The notes below the pieces were generated by a model. It saw only the letters and a list, made by a program, of their open reading frames with translations, did not search any database and was not told the DNA's origin. The translations under genes and the position numbers were made by a program. From a virus (taxonomy: Duplodnaviria > Caudoviricetes): a stretch of 64,000 nucleotides of DNA. Positions 1 through 10,397 of this stretch are shown here, piece after piece (positions within the stretch are counted from its first letter, which is position 1; the number at the start of each line of letters is the position of its first letter). Where the stretch lies: positions 896 to 64,895 of IMG/VR virus record IMGVR_UViG_3300028581_000001. One strand, written 5' to 3'.

Positions 1-1198
1 AAGTTCATCAAGTAGTTAAATCAGTATTTACTTGTACTCCTGTCAATATTTTTCAAAGTGTTTCTCAAAATGTAACTACATATAAATATGTTCAGTCTGA
101 TACACTAGAAAGTCATCAGTCTGTAAGTCAAACTAAACTATATATAGTCTCTACTCAAGCAAGAGTAAATTTTGTTAAGTCGGCAGTATAGTGAGTAATC
201 CATAAAACCGTTCAGTCAAAATATAATGAAGACTGTGAACCTGTGGTTATTGGATATGTATTAAGTTCGGTTCAAGTAGTATCTATTTGCGAAAGTATAT
301 CAGTATATAAAATCCATAAATCAGTTCAGTCAAAAGTAATTGAAGTTCCATTTGACTGTGAAACTGTATATGGAGTTTCTACTCAAACTGTTGTTATTTT
401 TGAAACTGTATTATCTTTATTTACTGTCCATAAATCAGTTCAGTCAAAAGTTATAGCATTTGATGATTTTGTTATTGGATAGTGAGTAAATGTTCAAGCA
501 GGAGAAATCTTTGTGATATATCACTGCATTCATATCCAGTCAAATCAGCAAGTCCACATATTAACTCAGTCAAATACAATACTTATAGGAATGTAAGTCA
601 TTCAGGCATATTCTGTTATAGTTCAGGTAGGTGCTACTTTGGCAATTGCTTGGCCAAATATTCATGTAACCCACATATTCGTTCAGTCAAAAGCTATTTT
701 CTGTGGTCAAAATCAAGGAGAGAAAGTATAAGTGGTAACTACTCAAGCTGTTGTAACTTTTGCGATAAGTTCTCATCATATTTCACATACTACCCATAAA
801 TCAGTTCAGTCAAAAGCCACTGACACTGCTCATAATAAACTTCAGGATCATAAATCAGTGTAACTTTTTACAGTATCCACTATACTTAATCATTCTCAAT
901 TTACTCAAAGATTTTGTAGTGCAGTTTTGTAATCAGTTAATCAAGAAAGATTTTCTGATTTAAGCATATCTCATGATCATCAAACTACTGTATATGTACT
1001 TCAACTCCATCTATAACTAAGTGAAGTGTCAATTGCTACATATATCTTTCCTGATTCTCATGTAACAGGAAAAGCTGCTAAATCTGCATATTCAAGAACA
1101 TCATCAATGTAACTAGGTAGATTAGCTTCTGGAACTAATCAATTAACTAGTCAATCATTTTTAACTTCTCATAATATTGCATCGTATATAACTCACAT
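1..1198 (-). CDS. Tail fibre/receptor-binding protein with beta-propeller repeats (runs off window start)
   Basis: With TGA=Gly: MGVIYDAILG...LPSYIDDVLEYADLAAFPVTGESGKIYVAIDTSLSYRWSGSTY, a common phage fibre motif, then six ~40-aa repeats with FDG(T/V)xxW cores. Confidence 0.75.
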
Positions 1199-1222
1199 TG
1201 TTTTAAAAGGTTATTAATAAAA

Positions 1223-1474
1223 TTATACTGTAGATAAATAAGTATATGAAGCTCTATTATCCCATTCAAATTTCATATCTCATGATTCTTTTCAGTTTAC
1301 TATTGGAAATTCTTCTGATGTTGTGTCTCAAGCTATTACTATAGCTTTAATACTCCAACCTGCTTCTGATGGTAGAGTTCAAATTAAAGCTGTTCAAACA
1401 TATACTAATGCAGGATCTGTAGAATCTGTATATGTTTTAATATTTGTAAGATTTTTTCAATATGCATTATCCAT
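1223..1474 (-). CDS. Small virion structural protein (83 aa)
   Basis: Open with TGA=Gly; YVGTALIGT...WSI...FEWDNRASYTY; adjacent to fibre gene. Confidence 0.6.
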
Positions 1475-1503
1475 ATTTTAAGTTTGTTAATAATAATAAA
1501 ATA

Positions 1504-1531
1504 ATTATATTTAATTATTTATAGTATGCAA
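1504..1531 (-). promoter_or_regulatory. sigma70-like promoter TTGCAT-N16-TATAAT
   Basis: Intergenic, ~30 nt upstream of ATG at 1474. Confidence 0.45.
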
Positions 1532-1549
1532 GAATTTTTCACATAAAAT

Positions 1550-1576
1550 AAAAATCCCTGCGTATAACAGGGATCA
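1550..1576 (-). terminator. Intrinsic terminator
   Basis: ATCCCTG/CAGGGAT stem followed by a T-run on the minus strand, after the 1595-1906 gene. Confidence 0.65.
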
Positions 1577-1594
1577 GTATTTTTTGTATTTATA

Positions 1595-1906
1595 TTAGGC
1601 CCAAGCAGCGATATCAACTCAAGTAGCATCAGTAGCAAGTTTAGCAGTAGTAATAGAAAGATCTGGAATATTAACTGCATTGGATTCTAGAACCCAAGCT
1701 GAACCACTCCATTTATAAAATCTCCCTGACTGAACATCCTCTCTTATCTCATAAAGCACATTTCCTACTGTAGGAAAACTAGATGAACTAGGAGTAACAT
1801 CACCATCAAGAACCCATGTTAGGGTAGAATCAAATCTATAAGTTAATCCATCAGCAGGATCGACCCTTGTTTCTCATACGAGAACATTATGTGTAGGTAA
1901 CGACAT
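1595..1906 (-). CDS. Putative decoration/fibre protein (103 aa)
   Basis: Two YRFDSTLTWV / YKWSGSAWV-type motifs and SITTAKLA; almost no TGA. Confidence 0.55.
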
Positions 1907-1993
1907 AAAAATAAATTTTAAAATATAAAGCGTAACAAATAAGTTACGCCTATAGTATATATATATATTCAAATAAAAAGAAAATTTATTTTC

Positions 1994-2248
1994 TTAAATG
2001 GTAGTTTTTTTTAGATTATCAGTAGTGTTTGGAATTGTCTGTCCACATGTAGGGCACACATTCTTAGTTAATCTAGGATCTTTTGGTTTACCTAAATTTC
2101 ATTCATCTATTATAAACTTCATTCAATCACTAACTGTATCAGGTGTAAATCTAGGATTAATTCTTTTGACATTAGGATCAATTCCCTGATTAGGGAATGC
2201 AAGCTTGATCTTTTTCTGCATTGGAGTGTAAGGTGGTAGTGTTACCAT
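1994..2248 (-). CDS. Hypothetical protein with C-terminal CPTCG motif (84 aa)
   Basis: ATG to TAA, open with TGA=Gly. Confidence 0.6.
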
Positions 2249-2439
2249 AATTCTTTTGTTAATAATAATGTTATTACATTATATTTTTTTATATGTGTAT
2301 GTAAATATTTTTTTCTGTAATCTTCTGTAATTTTTTGTAATAATATTTATTGTAGTAGTATACTTTATTTTTTTATGTGCAGTCAGATTATGTTTAGACG
2401 ACATAATACATATAAATATACATAGGACATAATAGCCCC

Positions 2440-2752
2440 ATGAAAATACAAAAATAAATATAGACAAGAAAAAAAGAAGAAGAAAAAATAAAGAATAAGA
2501 AAAATAAAAAATAAAATAATAATAATAAGAGAGACAATAGAAGAAAAGAATAAAGAAGGAATAAATAAAAAGGAATAATAAACACACACAGTAAATAGGT
2601 AAAGGGGTCACTAGAAAAAACACGAAAGGGGTCAGAGTAAATTAGTAATAGTAATAGTAATAGTAATAATATATATAGTAAATATAATATAATAATATAT
2701 ATATAAATATATATATTATATATTAGTATATATAGATATATACTATATATTA
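2440..2752. repeat. Low-complexity block: A/G-rich tract, (AGTAAT)n and (TA)n
   Basis: Purine-skewed 2440-2640, AGTAAT tandem copies ~2644-2670, TA runs ~2670-2750. Confidence 0.8.
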
Positions 2753-3802
2753 ATGTTGACTATCGTCAATAACTCTTTATAAAAGATTTAACAGAAATAA
2801 CAATAACCCCTGCTTAAGGACTAGTCCTTATGAACCTAATAAGCTGTATGCTTATAAACTACATTCCTTTCTAAAGGAAGCGAAGTTGCATTGTTCTGTG
2901 CCGTATGCTGTACGCATTTAGCACGCTGTCGGTTCCCAAACTTTATAACATCAAATCTCGAACTGAAGTGGGAAGTAAAGCCTTGCCTGAAAGGTACCAA
3001 TCTGCTAGGGGATACGTTATGCTTCCACAAATGGCAAAGCTCTTTGGGGCAATAGAAATCTCCATGCAATAAGATGTTGGGGAGATATCTTATTAACTAG
3101 AAAATTATTAGGGTGGTGGTCGGTGGAAGGTGGTGGCTCTTATTGTAAACAAGTGGCGAGCGACAGCGAGCCACATCTTTCGAAGAAAGATAATACAGCC
3201 ATGAGGATTGAGAAAAAAAAGACCATCAATGAAGGCGTTGCCTTCATGTATTATATCAATAGATTTTATACCATACGCAAATAAAACCAAAGTGTATTTG
3301 GCTAATAATTATTTATAAGTTCTTAGTTAATTTCTATCGGCTTGTCTTTGTCTGACAGTCTGCATTTAAATTTACTTTGATATGTTAAGTCTTGGCTTCT
3401 ACTTCTTATCAGTCGTCTTCTTCGGCTTACCATTTGGCAGTCTGCAACTTCTTACTGATGTGAACATTATATATTTATCAGATAATAAGTCAAATTAAAA
3501 TTAATAATTGGCATAACAATGCTATTATTTTAATAAGTAATTAAAAAATAACTGTAAAAAAGTTAGTACAACCAAACTAATCCAGACAAGCACAAGAGAT
3601 GACGAATTACTGTCATATAACTGGTAGTATTTAGACATTAAAATTAACTGTTTCTTGAAACATATGATAAGAAAAGATATAGTCCTATGTTATGTTAGTA
3701 TTTATTTATGTGATTGTTTATTATATATAGTACATAGTACTTAGTTAGAGGTTATATATAATACATTATAGTAATACACAATCGCCGACAAAAATGATCT
3801 AC

Positions 3803-3842
3803 AAAAAAGAACCTAGTTCAAGAAAGATGTTAGGTTCTTTTA
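3803..3842. terminator. Intrinsic terminator (probably bidirectional)
   Basis: AAAAGAACCTA...TAGGTTCTTTT inverted repeat downstream of the 3861-3947 ORF. Confidence 0.65.
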
Positions 3843-3860
3843 GATATATGTAGGGAAGTA

Positions 3861-3947
3861 TTATTTACAACCTTTCTTTCAAGGTTTACATGCTCATCAT
3901 TTCTTTCATGGAACAGGCATAGATTTCTTTGGTGCACATTTTGCCAT
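3861..3947 (-). CDS. 28-aa Lys/Gly/Cys-rich basic peptide
   Basis: MAKCAPKKSMPVPGKKGGACKPGKKGCK*; own TTGCAT-N16-TATAAT promoter (3976-4003) and terminator. Confidence 0.55.
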
Positions 3948-4045
3948 AGCAATATAATTAATAATTAATGTAATTATTATATTATTATTATATGATAATG
4001 CAAATGTTTTTTGAAAAAAAAGATAGCCTAAGCTATCTATAAAAC

Positions 4046-4144
4046 TTATTTTATCTTAAAGAAATTTTTCTTATGTACATATCTATTGACTTCAGTATCA
4101 GTTGCCTGAACTTCAACTCAATCAATCTCTCCTGTTCTATACAT
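4046..4144 (-). CDS. 32-aa hypothetical peptide
   Basis: MYRTGEIDGVEVQATDTEVNRYVHKKNFFKIK*; followed by AGATAGC/GCTATCT hairpin plus T-run; (AAAACAGT)x3 upstream. Confidence 0.4.
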
Positions 4145-4176
4145 TTAAAACAGTAAAACAGTAAAACAGTAAAAGA

Positions 4177-4210
4177 AAAAAAAGACCTGCAAATTTAGCA
4201 GGTCTTTTTA
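4177..4210. terminator. Intrinsic terminator
   Basis: AAAAAGACCTGC...GCAGGTCTTTTT. Confidence 0.7.
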
Positions 4211-4222
4211 TTTATCAGAATA

Positions 4223-4651
4223 TTATTTAAATGAATCTAGTAAAACTTGATTAACAATAGTAAAAGTATTATCAGTATTAACAGTAGCTATTGGAAAGAA
4301 ATTACTTACACGATTATCTTTACTTCAAGTGCGAGTAACCTGAGATATATTACCATTATCATAACAGGTAAGATATCAATCTTTCTTTGTCAATTTACAA
4401 GAAGCATTTCAGACTTTTGTTTTAACAGATTCGATTACTCAATCAGCATTAACTTTATCTTCGAATTTAGCTTCCATAATTTCAGGTTCTGTATTAGCAA
4501 CAGGAACAGAGAACTTATTAATAAAAGCTTGAAGAAGAATTTTAGGATTAGCAAAAGAAAACTTTTCAATTGCCTGTTGAAGACTTTCCATTATAGGTTC
4601 ATCAGCAAGAGTAACTTCTACTGGAACAATCTTAAGTTGTAATAGTGCCAT
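4223..4651 (-). CDS. Hypothetical protein (142 aa)
   Basis: MALLQLKIVPVEV... open through three TGA codons to TAA. Confidence 0.75.
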
Positions 4652-4774
4652 ATATTTATAAAGGTTAAAAGATAAAGGCAACAGTATACATAAAAAGTAT
4701 ACAAAGAATTTTATACATATATAATATTATTTTATTAAACACATAGTGTTTTATAAAACAGTTCTTTGTAAACA

Positions 4775-5340
4775 GACAGATATAATAATCTGCTAGATAT
4801 AAACCATTTCATTTTCTACAAAGTCCATATAGTTTTATACTATTAAACACCCAAGTTGCACTTGTATTAATTTGTATACAGTAAACAACTTATTAATTTA
4901 ATAGCAACAGCATCAATAAGATACTATAGTCTTATATATTATTTGATCGCATTTAACTAGCGAGTTCTAGCTTCTCCCTATAGGGTGCTTGAACATAATA
5001 TATAAGATACAGTATCTTATAATAATATAGGCAGCTTAACGCCAATAAACAAACATAGCATATATTGTAAGCTAATATATGTGTTTGTTTATCTTTTTAT
5101 ATTATTATAAGATAGTATTTACTAATTTGATCCCATCTAGATTTTTCTTCAGTTTATCCAATTAGTAGAATAAACTATAAATAAGAATTAGTCGCGGCTC
5201 TTATTAGCCCGAACATAAGCCCCTCAGCTTGACTTATGTTCTTCTGTTTGGTTCGTTGTATTTTTTATCCTGCCCAACCCCTTTGGCAGTTTTTACATTA
5301 TACATAAGCTGTTCGTGTATAAAAGGTTTTATAGTCTTTA
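4775..5340 (-). ncRNA. Candidate structured ncRNA (~560 nt)
   Basis: No credible ORF; back-to-back inverted repeats; immediately downstream of hairpin element A. Confidence 0.45.
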
Positions 5341-5354
5341 CTGACTTAAAATAT

Positions 5355-5400
5355 ATCAATAGGTTTTATACCTCTAAATAAAACTTACCTTTGTAAACAA
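5355..5400 (-). promoter_or_regulatory. Hairpin element copy A
   Basis: TTGTTTACAAAG-N18-TATAAAA with AGG/CCT stem. Confidence 0.7.
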
Positions 5401-5610
5401 CTAATAATCTAAACCCCTACTAATGAGTTCTTCTTTCAATGCAGATACAAATGGACAAAGCCATTCTATGTATCTATCATCAAAATCAAATTCAAATTCT
5501 TTATCAATCTTTTCAGATAGATAAAGTCTATATGAATTAAGTAAGTGTTTATTAGAGTAGGTCTCAATATATTTAATATTGATATCTACTCATTGTAATG
5601 TTTGAGACAT
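5401..5610 (-). CDS. Hypothetical protein (69 aa)
   Basis: MSQTLQGVDINIKY...RGLDY*. Confidence 0.65.
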
Positions 5611-5629
5611 AATTTTTTAAATTATATAT

Positions 5630-6000
5630 TATTGGTGGACTGGCTTACCAAAGATCAGGTAAGACTAACATAAAATAATTTATGTACGCAGCCCATAAAA
5701 AGATTAAGGCTGTACACAGCTGTACTAAAACTCCTTAATCTTATATGATATATTATACTGCTATCAACAGTTGAATACTTTAGAGATAATATATATCCCA
5801 TTCGCAAAAGTATTTCTCAAGCTACATTTTTTAATTAAGCTTTATTGACTGAGTATACTACGTATAGTTTACCACTGCAGTCTCAAGTATCAGGCGAGTC
5901 TCTCTCTCGCATGAGACCTATGAATGCAGGCATAGGTTGCTCGTATAGTATTGAAATTCTGCAGTTCAATACTACGCAAACAACCTACGCCTGAGACATA
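5630..6000 (-). ncRNA. Candidate structured RNA / long leader
   Basis: Series of hairpins including a 67-nt imperfect stem at 5927-5993; no ORF. Confidence 0.4.
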
Positions 6001-6002
6001 GT

Positions 6003-6233
6003 CTATTTACAATTTTGATTTTGTTCTTGAATAAGTTCAGAAAGAATAATATCATTAGAACTTCTTTCGATTTTATTTTGAAGATCAAAACAATAAACAT
6101 TTTTATTAACATTATGAAACCATAATGCTAAACAAATAAATATAGTAATGATTCAAACTATCAATCATTGAACACAGCCTTTTATAAAAGCTGTTTTACG
6201 AGAACATACTCTCGTCTTATTAAATTGATTCAT
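6003..6233 (-). CDS. Small membrane protein (76 aa)
   Basis: One hydrophobic segment GLIVGIITIFICLALWF. Confidence 0.6.
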
Positions 6234-6239
6234 TTGTAT

Positions 6240-6647
6240 TTATTTATTATTATTAAATACATTTCAAGAGTTAGATGAATACATCTTAATCTCATTTAAG
6301 AGTTTAAGATTATATTCTCTAACTTCAAGAAGTTCTTTTTCTTTTGCATTAAGTTCTCTGTCTCTTACAGCTTTATATTCTGTAAAAGTATCAGAGAATC
6401 ATTCAGCAATATTAATAGATTTATGCCGAGTATCTCTCATAGATTTATTATCATTGATCACCACTTTAGTATCAGCTTCTTTACTTTTAATTTTTAATTT
6501 CAAAGTAATATTGGCTGACCTTAAAGTAGGATGTTCAATTATAAACATAGCATCATCTGATATTTGAACTACTGTTTTAACTACAGTAGCTATGGTTATG
6601 TTATCTGCAACAGATTCAACAATACCATATGCTTCTTGTTTATTCAT
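6240..6647 (-). CDS. Hypothetical protein (135 aa)
   Basis: Track ORF 6399-6647 extended through TGA to TAA. Confidence 0.7.
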
Positions 6648-6655
6648 AATTAATT

Positions 6656-7582
6656 TTATTTAATACGAAATATAAAGTTCTCGTCAATAGTTTGACGTAG
6701 AACAACTGACATGCAATTCAATACATTATTATTCCATCTCTCTAATGAAGTTGCATAGTAACTAGGATCACCTCAACCTCAAGGACTAAGACTTCAAACA
6801 GATTGCTTATGTCAAAGCAAATCATTATTTAAAGTTTTAAAAATCGCACGAACTCAAGATTCAAGAGTAGGAAATGAAACTTTATTTCATCTATCATTGT
6901 TGCCTACATTACCTATATTATTTTTTGTTTTAGTATGTCTTCAGATTGTAGTGTCAGCCCGAGATATACATAACCCAAGTTCTTTCTTTATCTTAAAATC
7001 TTTTTCTGCACGAATCCAGTACTCAACTGGAACCTTAGCATTCAAAGTAATTTCTTCAAAAGAAGAACCATATAATTCAGACCTAGGTTTTGTTTCTCAA
7101 AAACTTGTGTAACCCCATCAATCTTTAAATACTCTTTTAGGAATTATCTTTTTGATGGAGGGTACTGGACTTATAGCCCCTGTTGCAACTCATGAATTAA
7201 TGAAACCAGTAAGTGTAGATCAAGTAGAAACTATATTAAAGTTAATTCTTATTGTATTAGAATTAATCTTATAAAAAGAATCAATAGATTTCACAATTCA
7301 TGTTTGACTATTTCATTTAATTATTGCTTCTATATATATTTGATCAGCAATAACAGATTGTAATTTAGCTTCTAATTCTGTTCTTGTATTTAAAGTAACA
7401 GATAAATCAGCAGAAGCTTGATTAATAATATTAGCTCTTATGTATTCAGGATTGCTAATCCTATTTATATAAGAAGTTATTGTAACAAAAGTATAAACAA
7501 AAACAAAAAGAACAATAGTAATTATAGATTTTATCTTGGCTCATGCGAGTAAGTCTATAATTTTAATTTTAAAATTTTCCAT
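6656..7582 (-). CDS. Membrane-anchored protein with C-terminal lysozyme-like (glucosaminidase-type) domain
   Basis: N-terminal TM helix and coiled coil; C-terminal LCIS(CGG)ADTTIG..KNNIGNVGNND..FPTLESGVRAI..YATS..WNNNV. Confidence 0.55.
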
Positions 7583-7662
7583 GTTTATATAAAAGTTAAA
7601 TAATAAAATATGGAACTTACGATACTATTTTACATTCGTATACTTACGAACTATAAAATAAT

Positions 7663-7708
7663 ATCAAAGGGTTTTATACCCTTGAATTAAATCAATCTTT
7701 GTACACAG
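7663..7708 (-). promoter_or_regulatory. Hairpin element copy B
   Basis: CTGTGTACAAAG-N18-TATAAAA with AAGGG/CCCTT stem. Confidence 0.75.
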
Positions 7709-7861
7709 TTAAAGTGTCTGGAATTTCCAAACTGTTAATAACCAACCTACCATGAGTGCTATAATAATTCAAGACTTATCTCATGTAAAAATACTAAACA
7801 CTAACACAATCAAATCTAATATGATTGCTAATGTTAGTAACCACGATTGTATCTTCTTCAT
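7709..7861 (-). CDS. 50-aa two-TM membrane protein
   Basis: Two hydrophobic stretches. Confidence 0.6.
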
Positions 7862-7900
7862 AAATGAATTAGATTAATAAATAAAATATAAGATAGATCT

Positions 7901-8017
7901 CTATCTTTTCTTAGCAATAAGAATTGCCTGCTTAACAGCATAAACAAATCTTTCTTTACTAGCAGAAATATCTGCTCAATAAAGATATGCTAATACTAAT
8001 AATTTAATTAACTTCAT
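7901..8017 (-). CDS. 38-aa hypothetical peptide
   Basis: ATG to TAG directly after element C. Confidence 0.45.
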
Positions 8018-8061
8018 AACAAATAAGATTAAATAATAAAATACTTACGATACAAAGATAT

Positions 8062-8105
8062 ATCAAGAGGTTTTATACCTCTATTAAATCAATCTTTGTA
8101 CACAG
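8062..8105 (-). promoter_or_regulatory. Hairpin element copy C
   Basis: CTGTGTACAAAG-N16-TATAAAA with AGAGG/CCTCT stem. Confidence 0.75.
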
Positions 8106-8159
8106 AACCATAACAACTAATCCAAGCACAGGAGATATACTCCTGTACTAAATTAATCT

Positions 8160-8318
8160 TTATGATGGATATGCTATAGGTAGATTCCTTTCTATACAAA
8201 ACTTATTAATCAATCTTGCTTCATAAGGTTTAATCTTATCAGCTCACCTTACTCATAACAATTGATGTCTACAGTATGAACCTCTTGCAGCTCATACATC
8301 CTGTCAGTTTATTATCAT
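8160..8318 (-). CDS. Hypothetical protein (52 aa)
   Basis: Open with TGA=Gly; ACAGGAG/CTCCTGT hairpin downstream. Confidence 0.5.
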
Positions 8319-8328
8319 AGATATATTA

Positions 8329-8895
8329 TTAAGAAATATTAATATGATCATCTTCCCATTTTCAATATGAATCAATATACTTAATGGTAGATTTAATGTC
8401 TTTATTTTGAACTGCATTATTAAGTGGAACAAATATATTCTTAAGATCAGCATTCTCTTTTGTTAATCAATTGATAACTTCTTCATTGTGTTCAATGATT
8501 CATTCTATCTCTTGACATATAGTAACTATCTCATTTATTTTCTTATCAGTAAAGAATTCATTATTGATTCTTTCTGTAACAATGTCTGCTTTATACATAG
8601 TATTAATTTGGTTAGTGTTAATTAAAGGTTCGTTATAGTCTCAATCAGCACTACCTCAAAGAGTTTTCCTTGTATCATTAGTCTTATTACCATATATATC
8701 ATAGTCTCTGAATAATGAAAAAGGATAAGATCATGTAGTTCATTTATCATTAGTTATTTCATAGCCATAATCATAAACATATCTAACCTTATAATGTTTA
8801 CCAACAGTAAAATAATATTGATAGTTATCAATTTTATTCTTAATACACATTACATACTTATCTTTCTTATAAGAAGTACGAGTATAATTTCACAT
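8329..8895 (-). CDS. Hypothetical protein (188 aa)
   Basis: Open with TGA=Gly. Confidence 0.7.
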
Positions 8896-8913
8896 ATTAA
8901 TTAAGTTAAAAAA

Positions 8914-8960
8914 TATCAGGGGATTTTATACCCCTGAATTAAATCATTCTTTGTAAACAA
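8914..8960 (-). promoter_or_regulatory. Hairpin element copy D
   Basis: TTGTTTACAAAG-N18-TATAAAAT with TCAGGGG/CCCCTGA stem. Confidence 0.8.
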
Positions 8961-8962
8961 AA

Positions 8963-9247
8963 CTAATCAATAGATGATGTGATTATACTAATGATATCTT
9001 CTTTGCTTCTTTTAGCAGTAAGCCGACATCATCAGTAAGCAAATCAATCTGATTCTTCTAATAAAATATATGAATAACCATCAAAGAAATCAAACCGAAC
9101 ATATGATTTCTTTCAGAACCGAATGTATTCAGAAGTCTTATTAATCTTTGCATCCTTAATCATATGCTTAACAATTTCTGGTAGTGACTTCTTTAATAAT
9201 TCATTATCGAAATCAGCTATCAAAGTAACTTTACGCTTTACTTTCAT
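8963..9247 (-). CDS. Hypothetical protein (94 aa) with three CGG codons
   Basis: EYI(CGG)FG, YV(CGG)FD, GGC(CGG)LT. Confidence 0.65.
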
Positions 9248-9897
9248 GTTTGTTCAAGGTTACATTCTAAATTAATCTCATCAATAGGAGACTGCAAATC
9301 TTGAGGTTTAAAGTTATATCAAGAGCAGTCGGCTATATACATAGCCTGTTCCCATATATCTGCATTGTCAGGAGCATGTTCATATGCTTCTATAACTCAA
9401 CCATCAATCTCTAAATCATCAAGATTACTTTCTCTATTAGAAAATATTTCATACACAGTAGCATTGATAGCTTTCTCTGATGTAGATTCTTCTAATACAA
9501 AATACTTTCAATCTTCATTGTATCATTTGAACTCAAATGATTTATCATTACAATAATAATCTTTGAGTTTAGAATACACAATCTCGCAGAACTCTTGAGC
9601 TTGATACATAACAATTTCATCTTCTGAAATATCATCTTCCATAATCATTTCAACATACTTCATAATAGTAGATTCATTCTGTTCTTCTTCTAAACAAAAT
9701 TGTTCCCATTGTGTCTTAAGATTATTAAGTAGATCTTCATTATCAATTTCATTTCATTGCATATCACAAACTTGAAATTCATCAAAAGATCAACCTCAAT
9801 AATAATAAGTATTGTTATGTGTTACATAACCTACATATCAAGTGAAATCTAATACTAGATCACACTTGTATGTTTTAGTTTCACTTCTTAAAATCAT
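9238..9897 (-). CDS. Acidic hypothetical protein (219 aa)
   Basis: Open with TGA=Gly; D/E-rich. Confidence 0.7.
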
Positions 9898-10397
9898 AAA
9901 TTTTCTGGAAAATTAAAAGATAAATGTGCTCATATAGATATAACAATAATAAATGTTGCTATTGCCCATATGATTAATACTCATTCATATTGACTATCTG
10001 TCATAGTAGTATCATATCTTATTGGTTCTTCAGATGTACTTCAAGTAAAATCAAACATATCTAGTAATCATATTCAATCATTATGATATACATGAACAGT
10101 AGTTATTATTGGAGTATATCATTCATAATCTCTACTACTATAAGATTCAGATGGTTTAGTTTTAGTAGTAGATTTAGAATAACTATTACTAGAACTAGAT
10201 TGTTTAGTATAATTACTAGACTTATATGTATTATTAGTACTAGTAGACTCTACGGCTTTACTCCGAGTAGTATTACTTCTTGTTGCATTTGAAGAGCTAG
10301 ATGTTTCTATTGTAGCAGTTCATCATCATGCTCTTGCATTTACAGTAGCTATTCATATAAATAAAATAAACAGCATTAAAATTAATCTTAACTTCAT
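9888..10397 (-). CDS. Signal peptide, Ser/Thr-rich linker and C-terminal TM (169 aa)
   Basis: MKLRLILMLFILFIGIATVNARAGGG...; C-terminal VLIIWAIATFIIVISIG. Confidence 0.65.

Noticed and set aside
190-820. Repeats in the fibre gene as a DGR template/variable pair or CRISPR
   Set aside because: They are in-frame propeller blades; no reverse transcriptase and no adenine-specific pattern
2279-2623. Three overlapping Phe/Leu/Tyr-rich 'membrane' ORFs
   Set aside because: Translation artefacts of the A-rich low-complexity tract
2836-3290. Minus-strand ORFs of 77 and 60 aa
   Set aside because: Atypical codon use and GC content, no TGA-Gly, no start context; hairpins explain the region better
4775-6000. 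tRNA, tmRNA or retron msr-msd
   Set aside because: No cloverleaf with T-loop/CCA was recognised and no RT gene is in the window
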